Shown here: positions 55,098 through 64,000 of the stretch, one piece after another
Layout of the letters: every line of letters begins with the position of its first letter
Position numbering within the stretch: position 1 is the stretch's first letter
DNA from: an uncultured Anaerolineae bacterium
GTDB lineage: Bacteria > Chloroflexota > Anaerolineae > Aggregatilineales > Ch27
DNA: 64,000 nt
Assembly (NCBI GenBank): GCA_964529715.1
Contig: CAZGXI010000013.1
Coordinates: forward strand, 45,716 to 109,715
Reading direction: 5' to 3'
Notes under the pieces: model-generated
The model's database searches: none
What the model was told of the DNA's origin: nothing
What the model saw: the letters and a program-made list of their open reading frames with translations, nothing else
Position numbers and translations under genes: made by a program

Positions 55098-56159
55098 TTA
55101 GCCGATCACGCTGATCGGGATCACGTCTGTCTGGGAGAGCATAACCACGCTCACGCGGGCAGCGACATCCTGCGCCAGTTTGCGAAAGGCCACCCCGGCG
55201 GGCGACTCCGGCGCAGTGACAACGGTGGGCCGCCCTACATCGCCACCCTTACGCACGTTGGCGTCCATCGGAATGCGCCCCAGGAAAGGCACGCCGCGCT
55301 GCTGCGCCAGACGCTCACCGCCGCCCTCGCCAAAAACCTCGCCGCTCATGTTTTCCACCACACCCAGGATCGGCACCTGCAACATCTCAAACGTTGCCAG
55401 ACCCTTGACGGCGTCGTCCAATGACACCATTTGCGGCTGCGTGACGATCACCGCACCGGTCAGGGGCACGCTTTGGGCCAGGCTAAGCTGTGCGTCGCCT
55501 GTGCCAGGAGGCAGGTCCACGATTAGGTAGTCCAAGTCGTCCCAGGCGACCTTGTTGAAAAAGTCACGAATTGCGCCGTGCAGCATCGGCCCGCGCCACA
55601 CCAGCGGTTTGTCCGGGTCGGTCAGAAAGCCCATGCTCATCACCTGGATACCGTACGCCTCAAAAGGCAGCAGCTTTTCATCCCGGATGCGCGGTTGGGC
55701 CGCCTGTAGGCCAAGCATCATAGGGATGTTCGGGCCGAGGATATCGGCGTCCATCAGGCCGACCTTCGCGCCGTGCTGGCCCAACGCCACTGCCAGGTTA
55801 ACGGCAACCGTGCTTTTGCCCACACCGCCCTTGCCGCTGCCGACGGCAATAATACTGCGCATAGGGGTTTGCAAGCGTCCGTGCAGCCGCCGGTCGGCAG
55901 GAACCTGGCTGTCCCAGGTGATCTCGACATCCCGGATGCCCTCAACTTTGCCGACCAGCGCCTCGCGGCAGAAACGGTCGAAGACATCTTTGAGCGGGCA
56001 GGCAGGTGTGGTCAGCACCAGGCGGAAGCGCGCGATGCCGTCCTCCACGCGCAGATCGCGCACCATGTTCAAAGATACAATATCACGGCGCAGTTCCGGC
56101 TCGATAACTTTGCTCAGCGCGGCCAGCGCCGCATCGTGTAGACGAGATTGATCGGTCAT
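55098..56159 (-). CDS. mrp: Mrp/ApbC/NUBPL-family Fe-S cluster carrier ATPase
   Basis: N-terminal DUF59-like domain. Deviant Walker A GSGKGGVGKST. CxxC-type region absent or replaced. GAGGAG lies 5 nt before the ATG at 56159; the ORF-track TTG at 56192 is an alternative. Confidence 0.88.
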   Translation of the reverse strand: MTDQSRLHDAALAALSKVIEPELRRDIVSLNMVRDLRVEDGIARFRLVLTTPACPLKDVFDRFCREALVGKVEGIRDVEITWDSQVPADRRLHGRLQTPMRSIIAVGSGKGGVGKSTVAVNLAVALGQHGAKVGLMDADILGPNIPMMLGLQAAQPRIRDEKLLPFEAYGIQVMSMGFLTDPDKPLVWRGPMLHGAIRDFFNKVAWDDLDYLIVDLPPGTGDAQLSLAQSVPLTGAVIVTQPQMVSLDDAVKGLATFEMLQVPILGVVENMSGEVFGEGGGERLAQQRGVPFLGRIPMDANVRKGGDVGRPTVVTAPESPAGVAFRKLAQDVAARVSVVMLSQTDVIPISVIG

Positions 56160-56272
56160 TGGCTCCTCGTGGATTCGACCGCAGGCGCGCAAGAATGTAA
56201 TTCCACGCCCTGCCTGTTTTTATGAAAAAATTGAATTTTATTGTAACGCGCCCTGGCCACACGTCCACTGTT

Positions 56273-56620
56273 TCAACGCAGTTCGGGTTCAGGAACAACA
56301 CCATGTTCTTGCCAGAGAAGAATGTCCTGCCGGGCGATCTGCCAATGTCGGATCAACTCACGGTCGCCGCCCTTGAAACGGGTGATGACCTGTTGAGCGC
56401 ACAAGGTGCAACCGCGCATAGCCCGGTAGCTATCGGCGTGGCAAGACAAACAGCCATCCAGACGAACCATCAGCAGCACGAACCCCAAAACGTCCGGGTG
56501 ATTCTGCGGCAGGGCCGCAATGCGTTCGACCAAGGCACACCATTCCGGACCACGCAAATGCGCCAACATCGGGATAACACGCGGCGGAAACAGTACCTCA
56601 GTATCGTCCTGATATAACAT
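56273..56620 (-). CDS. Hypothetical Cys-rich protein (CxxC...CxxC)
   Basis: GGAGGAAG lies 8 nt before the ATG at 56620. The 115-aa product contains DGCLSCHADSYRAMRGCTLCAQQ. No family recognised. Confidence 0.5.
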   Translation of the reverse strand: MLYQDDTEVLFPPRVIPMLAHLRGPEWCALVERIAALPQNHPDVLGFVLLMVRLDGCLSCHADSYRAMRGCTLCAQQVITRFKGGDRELIRHWQIARQDILLWQEHGVVPEPELR

Positions 56621-56734
56621 GGCGGCACTTCCTCCACGAATCCCACGCAACCTGAGAATCCTATCGTGGGCAGGGTGGCACCCAAACGGTGATGAGCAAA
56701 ATGAGAACCGGCAACGACCACCGGGAAAAGGAGG

Positions 56735-56787
56735 AAAAGCACCACCCTCACAGGACCCATGTCTCCCCATGAGGGTGGCGGGCGTTA
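56735..56787 (-). terminator. Rho-independent-type terminator after nuoI
   Basis: On the minus strand, CCACCCTCA ... TGAGGGTGG (9-bp stem, 19-nt loop) is followed by TGCTTTTCCTCCTTTTCC. Confidence 0.55.
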
Positions 56788-56799
56788 GTTAGGGCGTTG

Positions 56800-57465
56800 T
56801 CACTCGGCGGCTTTGTCTTTGCCCCCGGCTTTTTGTGCTTTCGCTTTTGCCTTCAATACATCTTTGTGTTCCCAGCCACCACGCTCTTGAGCTTCTTCCT
56901 CGGCGGTGGTCGGCGCAATCGACAGCCAGTACCGGAATTCCTTTTGCAGCCGTTTTTTATCGAAGATGTGGGCCGAGGTACGGTCGTAGCTGGAAAGTTC
57001 GTAGTCATGATCCATCTTGATCGCGTCGAAGGGGCAAAACTCGGCGCAGAAACCGCAGTTCATGCAGATGTCGATGTCGATGTAAAAGGCTTCCGGCTCC
57101 GGTTTGGGGCGGCCCGTCGCCGGGTCGGTGCTGCGCACGATCCAGATACACTGGGGTGGGCAGACTTTGGCGCAGATGCCGCAGCTCGTGCACCAGTCGT
57201 GGCCGGGGTTTTCTTCTGCGTCTAGGTTATTGATGACCAGGAAAGGGATGAACCGAAAGCGTTCCGGCACAGCGAGCTTTTCTTCAGGATATTCCACGGT
57301 GAAAATACCGCGCTCCCGCACCCCCTGGCGCATCTGGAAGCCGAAACCGCTTCGCTTGCCTTTGCCCAAAAACTTAAGGTCCTCGATGTAGCTTTCCAGA
57401 AAATGCCTGAGCGTGACGCCCATGCCCTTGAGAATGCCCAGTCCGTACATGCCGACTCCATTCAA
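56800..57465 (-). CDS. nuoI: NADH-quinone oxidoreductase subunit I (2x[4Fe-4S] ferredoxin) with Lys-rich C-terminal extension
   Basis: CTSCGICAKVCP and CMNCGFCAEFCP motifs. Tail KAKAKAQKAGGKDKAAE. Confidence 0.88.
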   Translation of the reverse strand: MNGVGMYGLGILKGMGVTLRHFLESYIEDLKFLGKGKRSGFGFQMRQGVRERGIFTVEYPEEKLAVPERFRFIPFLVINNLDAEENPGHDWCTSCGICAKVCPPQCIWIVRSTDPATGRPKPEPEAFYIDIDICMNCGFCAEFCPFDAIKMDHDYELSSYDRTSAHIFDKKRLQKEFRYWLSIAPTTAEEEAQERGGWEHKDVLKAKAKAQKAGGKDKAAE

Positions 57466-57506
57466 CAGGCCGTCGTCGGGGTCTGCCCGACCGAAATAGC
57501 GACGGG

Positions 57507-59399
57507 TTAGCGGTCTACCTCACCCAGAATGATGTCGATGCTGCCCAGGATCGCCACAATATCCGCAACCTTATGGCCCTTGCACATTTCGCCCAGCGCG
57601 GTGAGGTTGATGAAACTGGGCGCACGCACGTGATAGCGCCAGGGATTCTGTCCGCCATCGGAGACGACGTAGTAACCGAGTTCGCCCTTCGGATTCTCGA
57701 CGCGCCCATAGGATTCGCCTTCTGGCACGCGCGGGTTGTACGCCTTCGCCCCGGCCATGATCGGCTGGCCCTGCGTCTCACGCAGGCGCGGCAAAAGCTG
57801 TTTCAGGATGCGCTGGCTCTGGCGCATTTCATCGATGCGCAGCAGATAGCGGTCATACACGTCGCCGTTGTAACGCACCGCAACGTCGAAGTCGAGTTCC
57901 GGGTAGATGCTATACGGCTCAGCGCGGCGGACGTCGTAGGGTACACCGCTGGCGCGCAGCAGCGGACCCGCTGCACTGTAGGCAATTGCCATTTCCGGCG
58001 GCAGGATGCCCACGCCCTGTGCACGCGCCAGAACGATCTCGTTGCCAGTCAGATAGCGATCCAGGTCGTCGAAGGCACGTGGCAGCCGTTCCTGGATCAG
58101 ATATTCCAGGTAGTCCATCGTGTCTTCATCACGCACGCGGTCATTGACCAGGCTGCTGATGCCACGAATACGTTCTGGCAGGTCCTTAAAGACCCCGCCG
58201 AAACGCATGTAGTTACACATCATACGGCTACCCGCCGTCGCCTCGAAGAAATCCAAGATCAACTCACGTTCTTCGATGGCATAAAGCGCCGGGGTGAAGA
58301 ACGCGCCCAGGTCGTTGAGCAGGAAGCCGATAGCCCACAGGTGGCTGGAGATCCGGGTCAATTCGACCATTAGCACGCGGATGACCTCGGCCCGGTAGGT
58401 AGGCGGGCTATAACGCGCCCCCAGCGCCAGCAGTTGTTCAACCGCCAGCACGTAGCCGAGATTGTTGGACATGTTGCTGACATAGTCCAGGCGGTCGGTA
58501 AAGGGGATATTCTGAATGAATGTGTTCCGCTCGCCGATCTGCTCGTGATTACGGTGCAAATAGCCGACAACCGGCTCCAACGCCTCGACCGTTTCGCCGT
58601 CTAGCGTGACGACCATACGGAACACACCGTGTGTGCTGGGATGGTGGGGACCGATGTTGACCACAAGGCGTTCTGTGCGCAACCCCTGCCCACCTAACGT
58701 TTGAATGTCTACACCGGCACCGACCATGCCGTAGGCCAGATTCGGGTCGTTGCTGCGATTGAAAGCGTCATCCGGGCGGACATTAAGGAAGGCATCGATA
58801 TCCATATCCGCCGGATAGCGAACGTTGTGCCCATAGGGATTGGCTTCTTCAGAGCGGCGCACGTGTCCTTCTGGCCAACGACTGTCGAAGGGCTTGTGTT
58901 CTTGCTCGTAGTACGCCTCCTGCCAATCCTTGCGCATGGGATGACCGTCGAAGCCCTCCCACAGCAGGATGCGCTTGAGGTTCGGGTGTCCCTCAAAGCG
59001 GATGCCATAGAGGTCGTAGATCTCGCGTTCCTGAAAGTCCACGCCCGGCCATACATCGATCAGGGACGGCAACGTAGCGTTGTCACGCGGCGTCTGGGCC
59101 TTAAAAACCAGCGCCGGGCCGCCCTCGCGGATGCGATAGGCGTGATAGACCGCTTCCAGATGATCGCCCTTGCCCAGATAATCGACCCCGGTAACGCTGG
59201 ACAGGTAGTCAAATCCCAGGTCGTCGCGGATGGTTTGCGCCACCTCGACCAAGTGAGCGGGATCGACGATGATACCTGAATAGCCCTTGCGCTCATCAGG
59301 CCGCACCGCTTCAGGATAGCGCGCCTTGAGCACGGCAATCGCTTCAGCAATTGGATCGGCAGCTACAGCTTGCCGCGTCTCTATAGGTTGTTCGGTCAC
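57507..59399 (-). CDS. nuoCD: Fused NADH-quinone oxidoreductase subunits C and D
   Basis: NuoC-like N-terminal ~200 aa ([25 protein letters not shown]). NuoD part [17 protein letters not shown]...RAPSFINL...ILGEVDR. Confidence 0.9.
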   Translation of the reverse strand: MTEQPIETRQAVAADPIAEAIAVLKARYPEAVRPDERKGYSGIIVDPAHLVEVAQTIRDDLGFDYLSSVTGVDYLGKGDHLEAVYHAYRIREGGPALVFKAQTPRDNATLPSLIDVWPGVDFQEREIYDLYGIRFEGHPNLKRILLWEGFDGHPMRKDWQEAYYEQEHKPFDSRWPEGHVRRSEEANPYGHNVRYPADMDIDAFLNVRPDDAFNRSNDPNLAYGMVGAGVDIQTLGGQGLRTERLVVNIGPHHPSTHGVFRMVVTLDGETVEALEPVVGYLHRNHEQIGERNTFIQNIPFTDRLDYVSNMSNNLGYVLAVEQLLALGARYSPPTYRAEVIRVLMVELTRISSHLWAIGFLLNDLGAFFTPALYAIEERELILDFFEATAGSRMMCNYMRFGGVFKDLPERIRGISSLVNDRVRDEDTMDYLEYLIQERLPRAFDDLDRYLTGNEIVLARAQGVGILPPEMAIAYSAAGPLLRASGVPYDVRRAEPYSIYPELDFDVAVRYNGDVYDRYLLRIDEMRQSQRILKQLLPRLRETQGQPIMAGAKAYNPRVPEGESYGRVENPKGELGYYVVSDGGQNPWRYHVRAPSFINLTALGEMCKGHKVADIVAILGSIDIILGEVDR

Positions 59400-59408
59400 G
59401 CCACGCTC

Positions 59409-60077
59409 CTATGCTTCCGGCTGGGCCGGTGCGGTCCGGGCCTGAGCGGCCTGTTCGGCCTGGCGGCGGATCAAATCGGCCTGGCGAGGATCGATGATGT
59501 CGGGGCCAAGAATGGGGATGGGAATGCCCTCGCTTGGCCCGCTGCGATACCAGGGCACCGTACGGATCGACTGCTGTCGAATCTTACGGTGCAGTGCCAT
59601 CACCCCATAGATCAATGCCTGTGGCGTGGGCGGGCAGCCGGGCGTATAAACATCGACCGGGATATATTTGTCGATGCCCGACACAACGTTATAACCCTCC
59701 TTGAAAGGGCCGCCGCCACTGGCACACGCGCCCATTGCCAGGACATATTTGGGTTCAGCCATCTGATTATAGATACGCACGATGGGCACAATCATCTTCT
59801 TCGTCACTGTGCCGGAGACGATCAGCAGGTCGGCCTGGCGCGGACTGGCACGCATCACATCCATGCCGAAGCGCGACAGGTCATAGCGCGAAGCCGCCGT
59901 GCAGATCATCTCGAAAGCGCAACATGCCAGACCAAAAAACAGCGGCCACGTGGAAACGCTTCGGCTCCAGTTGTAGATGCGATCCAGGCTAGTGACAGCG
60001 ACATTTGACTTCAGTTCTTCCGGCAGGGGGATGTCAGGGTTGTGCAATTCGTTCACATCTGCCTGACCTTTGGTCAT
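59409..60077 (-). CDS. nuoB: NADH-quinone oxidoreductase subunit B
   Basis: [20 protein letters not shown] and GCPPTP are the N2-cluster ligand motifs. C-terminal Ala/Gln-rich extension. Confidence 0.92.
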   Translation of the reverse strand: MTKGQADVNELHNPDIPLPEELKSNVAVTSLDRIYNWSRSVSTWPLFFGLACCAFEMICTAASRYDLSRFGMDVMRASPRQADLLIVSGTVTKKMIVPIVRIYNQMAEPKYVLAMGACASGGGPFKEGYNVVSGIDKYIPVDVYTPGCPPTPQALIYGVMALHRKIRQQSIRTVPWYRSGPSEGIPIPILGPDIIDPRQADLIRRQAEQAAQARTAPAQPEA

Positions 60078-60304
60078 AGATGGGTTGCCTCCTCGTAATA
60101 CTCCTGGAAAATGGCGGCCAGCAGGTCATCGTTCGCCAGGATCGGGTCATCGGCAAAGCCGGGGAGTGCGACAATCAGTTCGTAAAGTTCATGTAAGCCA
60201 AGCGTGTCCAGATTGAGGGCCGGGTAACGCCGTATCAACTGCAAGACAATCTCATAGGATGCTTCCCAGTAAAGTGATTGGAGATCGTCCGGCGCTTCAT
60301 GCAT
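60074..60304 (-). CDS. iscX: IscX/YfhJ-like small acidic protein, translationally coupled to nuoB
   Basis: [25 protein letters not shown]...LPGFADDP...[12 protein letters not shown] is colinear with E. coli IscX ([25 protein letters not shown]...LEDFDDDP...ILEAILLVWLDE, from memory). I chose the ATG at 60304, because the ORF-track extension to 60349 runs into an AT-rich promoter patch. There is a 4-nt overlap with nuoB. Confidence 0.6.
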   Translation of the reverse strand: MHEAPDDLQSLYWEASYEIVLQLIRRYPALNLDTLGLHELYELIVALPGFADDPILANDDLLAAIFQEYYEEATHL

Positions 60305-60606
60305 AATTTTGATGATATTTATTATATATATGAGCTGGATATTCGGCAAGCGATTCCGCCGTCATGGTGACAAACGCCAAAGACAACGCACAGAGATGGA
60401 ATCCGCCGAATGTGCGGTAGTGTACATCGAAGGAATCGAGAAATCAAGCAGCACAGCGACAACCACATCCGTTATGCCCTTCGAGGCCGCAGCAGAATTG
60501 GCGCAAGCCTATTCATGTCTTTTCCTGAAAGCATTTTCGGGGCGGTAGAATACACACCGCTTTACCCGGTAACGGACCTTTCTGTTCTTTGTTCCCGGAG
60601 GCTTCT

Positions 60607-61371
60607 ATGGTTGCTCCGATTAGTTTGCAGCTCTATACGCTGCGCGATGCCCTGGCCCAGGATTTCGCGGGTGTCATCCGCCGGGTCGCCGACATGGGCT
60701 ACATCGGCGTGGAAACGGCGGGCTTTCCCGGTACGACGTGTACCGAGGCGGCACGGCTCTTCAGAGAAATGGGACTACAGGTGTCCGGCGCGCACGTCCC
60801 TCTACCGCTGGGCGACAAAAAAGCCGAGGTTTTAGAGACGATGGACGCCCTCGGCTGCCGCTATCTTATCTGTGCCTGGCTCGATCCCAACCGCTACTTC
60901 GGCACACCTGATCAGATCAGGCAGGCGTGCGACCTGCTGAACGAAGCCAGCGCCGTCGCCCGCGCAAACGGGCTGATCCTGGCCTATCACAATCACTGGT
61001 TCGAATACCAGCCCGTCGCAGGTCGTCTGGCCTATCAGTACATGCTAGACCATCTCGATCCAGAGGTGCTGTTTGAAGTTGATACTTACTGGGTCAAGAC
61101 GGCCGGCTGCGACCCGGTCGAAGTCGTGCGGGAACTGGGCTGCCGCGCGCCGCTGCTGCATATCAAGGATGGCCCATGTGTCCGCGAGCAGCCGATGGTC
61201 GCCGTCGGCGCAGGGAGCATGGACTTTCCGGCCATCATCGCAGCTGCGGAGACGACGGTGGAATGGTTGGTCGTCGAACTGGACCAGTGCGCTACGGACG
61301 TCCTAGAGGCCGTTAACGCAAGCTATAACTATCTGACCGGCAGCGGGCTGGCACGAGGAAACGTCGGATGA
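60607..61371 (+). CDS. Sugar phosphate isomerase/epimerase (xylose-isomerase-like TIM barrel)
   Basis: GGAGG lies 6 nt before the ATG at 60607. ISLQLYTLRD start, AYHNHWFE and LLHIKD blocks typical of the AP-endonuclease-2/XI TIM family. Confidence 0.8.
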   Translation: MVAPISLQLYTLRDALAQDFAGVIRRVADMGYIGVETAGFPGTTCTEAARLFREMGLQVSGAHVPLPLGDKKAEVLETMDALGCRYLICAWLDPNRYFGTPDQIRQACDLLNEASAVARANGLILAYHNHWFEYQPVAGRLAYQYMLDHLDPEVLFEVDTYWVKTAGCDPVEVVRELGCRAPLLHIKDGPCVREQPMVAVGAGSMDFPAIIAAAETTVEWLVVELDQCATDVLEAVNASYNYLTGSGLARGNVG

Positions 61372-61425
61372 CCGGACAGACTGCCGGATCATTCGCAATC
61401 TGATTTTGCGGCAGTAATTTACAAC

Positions 61426-61454
61426 GGAGGCAGTGGGGCTGCCTCCGCTTTTTT
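61426..61454 (+). terminator. Rho-independent terminator
   Basis: GGAGGCAG-TGGGG-CTGCCTCC followed by GCTTTTTT. Confidence 0.8.
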
Positions 61455-61466
61455 AGTGTCACCCTC

Positions 61467-61516
61467 TTGACAGGGCAACAAAAAAAGGATAACCTGTGGT
61501 ATAGAGGTCTATACCA
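61467..61516 (+). promoter_or_regulatory. Promoter TTGACA-N17-TAACCT with an overlapping perfect palindromic operator TGGTATAGA-GG-TCTATACCA
   Basis: TTGACA at 61467..61472 and TAACCT at 61490..61495. 9-bp inverted repeat at 61497..61516, just upstream of the GntR/HutC gene. It resembles GGTnTAnACC-type HutC-family operators. Confidence 0.6.
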
Positions 61517-61548
61517 GTTCGCCTTCATTTGCTCAAAGAGAGGGTGCT

Positions 61549-62316
61549 GTGTCCGGGCAGCAGGTGTACTTCAAAATCGATCACAGCAGTCCGGCACCAC
61601 GTTACTACCAGATTCAACAAAATCTGCGGGACCTGATCGAGGCAGGTGTGTTGCCCGTCGGGGAAATGCTGCCTTCAGAGCGCGAACTGAGCGAGATTTA
61701 TGGCGTCAGTCGCATGACGGTCCGACAGGCCATCAGCGCGCTGACCAGCGCCGGGTTAGTACAGCCCGTACAGGGGGTTGGCACGATGGTCAGCCGTCCC
61801 CAGGTCACTCAGGTCGTTCCGAATGTTGCCGGGTTTACCGAGCGAATGCGCACCGCCGGGCATCATGCGTCCAGCCAGGTGCTGCGCCTGGAGGTGATCC
61901 CGGCTGCGCCGGTGATCGCCGGGCGCCTGCGCCTGCTACCAGATGTGCCGGTTGTTTGCCTGGAACGCCTGCGCCTGGCCGATGGCGAGCCGTTTATGTT
62001 GGAAACAGCTTACCTGCCCCACGAGCGTTTTCCCGGCCTGGAACAGGAAAACTTCGAGACGCAAAGCCTGTATGATCTGCTGGCCCGCCGCTACCACACC
62101 CACGTCTACGAAACCGAGCAAACCTTGGAACCCACACTGTTGCACCCCGAAGAGGCCGATCTGTTTGGACTCAAAAGTGGTCAGCCTGCCATGCTGGTGC
62201 ACATCATCGCTTACGCTGCTGAGGGGATTCCGATTGAGTTTTCCAAATCGATTGTGCGCGGAGACCGCTGCCGTTTCTACTTCCACGCGACCCTCCGCAT
62301 GCCGGGCAGTGCTTAA
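61549..62316 (+). CDS. GntR-family transcriptional regulator, HutC subfamily (UTRA effector domain)
   Basis: wHTH PSERELSEIYGVSRMTVRQAISAL, then a UTRA-like C-terminal domain. GTG start. Confidence 0.88.
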   Translation: MSGQQVYFKIDHSSPAPRYYQIQQNLRDLIEAGVLPVGEMLPSERELSEIYGVSRMTVRQAISALTSAGLVQPVQGVGTMVSRPQVTQVVPNVAGFTERMRTAGHHASSQVLRLEVIPAAPVIAGRLRLLPDVPVVCLERLRLADGEPFMLETAYLPHERFPGLEQENFETQSLYDLLARRYHTHVYETEQTLEPTLLHPEEADLFGLKSGQPAMLVHIIAYAAEGIPIEFSKSIVRGDRCRFYFHATLRMPGSA

Positions 62317-62464
62317 ACGTCGCTTTTACACCTGGTCAACGTTTGAGTTCGCCTGTCATACAAACCGGACAGAAAGGAGTTCTCTACCTCCGGTAACCGA
62401 CATCCTCATTCTTTCGGCACGCAAGAGTTAGCCCTTCGTTCTACATAACTCAGGAGGCTTTTCC

Positions 62465-63823
62465 ATGAAACGCTTTGTTGTGTTGCTGGTCATCCTGGCA
62501 GTGCTCGCTGCGCCGCTGAGCGTTCTGGCCCAGGGCGGTCACCGCGAAACCGATCCCTTCTGGAATCCGACACCGGAGTTGATCGAGGAATGGCGCGTCA
62601 TCGACGGTGTGGAAGAGGGCGCGCAAATCCGTTTCTGGACCATGTCGCTCTCCCCGACCTTCAACGATTACATCAATAAGATCGTGGAGAATTTTGAGGC
62701 GACCTATCCTGAAGTAGATGTGATCTGGGAAGACCAGCCCTGGGACAGCCTGCGCGACAACGTGCGCAACACGATTGCGGCGGGCAACCCGGCGGACGTA
62801 ATCAACATCAATCCGGCCTGGATTTCCGAACTGGCCGAAGCAGGCTCGTTGATGAACATGGACGAGGCCCTGGCGCCCTATCCCGAAATCCGCGAGCAGT
62901 ACGTCGATGGCGCGTGGGTCGAGGGCAACTACGACGGTGTGAGCTACCAGATTCCCTGGTATCTGGCACTGCGCAATTTCCTAGCCTACAACCGCGCCAT
63001 CCTGGACGAGATCGGCTATGACCCTGCTGATCTGCCGACCACCTGGGATGGCCTGCTTGAGTTCGCTCGCTACGTCCGCGAGAACAGCGACTATTACGCC
63101 TTTTCGGAAAGCTGGGGCGAACCAAGCGGCCTGGGCATCGTGGGTGACTTTCCCTATAATGACATCCCGGTGTGGAACGAGGACCACACGCAGGTAGTCT
63201 TCGACACGCCGGAAGCAGTGGCGTTGCTCCAGTCGTGGATGGACGCGCTCAACAACGACCTGATCCCGCGCGAAAGCCTGACGGATGACCACCGTGAGAT
63301 GATCGACCGCTTCAGCGAAGGCGAGATCGCCGTCCTGCGGATGGCCCCGCATATGCTGCGTCTGGTCGAGGAAAACAACCCTGAGGTGTTCGCCAACCTG
63401 GGCATCGCCCCCGGCATCACCGGCACGAGCGGCGTCAACGGCGTGGATGTGCAATCACTGGTTATCCCGGTGCAAACCCCCTACCCCAATGCGGCGCTGG
63501 CGCTGGCCGTCTTTGTGACCAACCCGCAGACTCAGGCCGCTTTTAGCAAGGAAGTGGGCATTTACCCCTCTAACCTGTTAAGCTACCAGGACCCGTTCTT
63601 CCAGGAAATTGAAGAGGGTAATATCCAATCCGCCATCCGCCCGCTGGCTTACGACTACGTGGTAAACGCTGAGAACCGCCCGCTGAGCTTCCCCAACAGT
63701 GCCGAGATCGAGGCGATCATTCGCGGTGAAACCCAGGCAGCCTTGCTGGGTGTAAAGACCGCGCAGGAAGCCATCACCGACATGCAGAATCGCATCAACC
63801 AAGTGCTGGCAGCCGCGCAATAA
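62465..63823 (+). CDS. ABC transporter substrate-binding protein (carbohydrate, family-1 SBP)
   Basis: AGGAGG RBS and signal peptide MKRFVVLLVILAVLAAPLSVLAQG. 452 aa with SBP_bac_1-like composition (IRFWTMSL..., YQIPWYLA...). Confidence 0.85.
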   Translation: MKRFVVLLVILAVLAAPLSVLAQGGHRETDPFWNPTPELIEEWRVIDGVEEGAQIRFWTMSLSPTFNDYINKIVENFEATYPEVDVIWEDQPWDSLRDNVRNTIAAGNPADVININPAWISELAEAGSLMNMDEALAPYPEIREQYVDGAWVEGNYDGVSYQIPWYLALRNFLAYNRAILDEIGYDPADLPTTWDGLLEFARYVRENSDYYAFSESWGEPSGLGIVGDFPYNDIPVWNEDHTQVVFDTPEAVALLQSWMDALNNDLIPRESLTDDHREMIDRFSEGEIAVLRMAPHMLRLVEENNPEVFANLGIAPGITGTSGVNGVDVQSLVIPVQTPYPNAALALAVFVTNPQTQAAFSKEVGIYPSNLLSYQDPFFQEIEEGNIQSAIRPLAYDYVVNAENRPLSFPNSAEIEAIIRGETQAALLGVKTAQEAITDMQNRINQVLAAAQ

Positions 63824-63914
63824 AGCGCCTGACTTAGCCGCCCGTTCGACCGGGAGGGGCCACGCCGACTCCTCCCGGCCCATCCAATGATTTTCAGGCG
63901 GAGGACATATTGCC

Positions 63915-64000
63915 ATGAATCTGACCGCCGAAGCGTCGCGGACGCGGCTTCGCCCAAGAGCGCGAGTCTCCCCTCAGGAGCGGCGACGCACTCTTGTCGC
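63915..64000 (+). CDS. 5' end of a probable ABC sugar permease gene (truncated by window end)
   Basis: GGAGG lies ~10 nt before the ATG at 63915. The open frame runs to the window end, and its position after the SBP gene fits a permease. Only 28 codons are visible. Confidence 0.4.
   Translation, partial: MNLTAEASRTRLRPRARVSPQERRRTLV

Noticed and set aside
60305-60349. 15-codon N-terminal extension (MPNIQLIYIINIIKI) of the IscX-like ORF
   Set aside because: It is encoded by a strongly AT-rich patch (TATATATAATAAATATCATCAAAAT on the coding strand) that looks like the operon promoter rather than coding sequence.
1-64000. Search for mobile elements, prophage, CRISPR, tRNA or rRNA
   Set aside because: I recognised no transposase, integrase, phage structural gene, cas gene, repeat-spacer array, tRNA-like T-arm (GGTTCGAATCC-type) or rRNA sequence. 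GC content is uniform except for short promoter patches.

Overview
This is a gene-dense bacterial chromosomal segment of about 60% GC. Several traits suggest a Chloroflexota-like organism, by inference only: Thr/Pro-rich linkers in many secreted or lipoproteins, a fused nuoCD, LCP and LysM wall proteins, and very large multi-domain signalling proteins. I support about 50 CDS.

Gene content, left to right:
- LacI regulator, Tat-exported GH43 and a URO-D-fold gene.
- An oversized RND transporter.
- A CheY-like gene, an OmpR/HK pair and divergent envelope genes (DUF4405, membrane protein, PDZ).
- A five-gene Liv-type ABC importer.
- A co-directional dinG, DUF4127, nanE, ulaE-like string.
- A lipoprotein plus a STAND-like P-loop NTPase, and a tandem PstS-like binding protein.
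- A Clp/Hsp100 ATPase fused to a release-factor-like module, followed by a small membrane protein.
- thyX, a membrane protein, ruvA, ruvC and yebC.
- An FtsK-like protein with a degenerate Walker A.
- An operon of a coiled-coil histidine kinase, a LysM protein and an LCP protein.
- NUDIX and a serine hydrolase.
- A partner-switching set: STAS, RsbW-STAS fusion and a multi-GAF PP2C.
- mrp/apbC and a Cys-rich ORF.
- An iscX-like, nuoB, nuoCD, nuoI mini-operon.
- A sugar locus: TIM-barrel isomerase, GntR/HutC regulator and a solute-binding protein.

I saw no rRNA, tRNA, CRISPR array, transposase or integrase.

The strongest candidate for something undescribed is the 1147-1165 aa protein at 29904..33347. 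It joins two Clp-type AAA+ modules to an RF2-like module that has lost its GGQ domain and SPF motif.

Other points worth a second look:
- A ~200-bp palindromic structured repeat present twice (143..344 and 33795..33987).
- A ~690-aa internally repetitive insertion in the RND pump.
- A shared ATTTAAG direct-repeat motif that links the OmpR-type regulator to two neighbouring promoters.
- A complex-I Q-module-only operon led by an IscX-like gene.

All family assignments come from motif recognition by eye. No database search was run.
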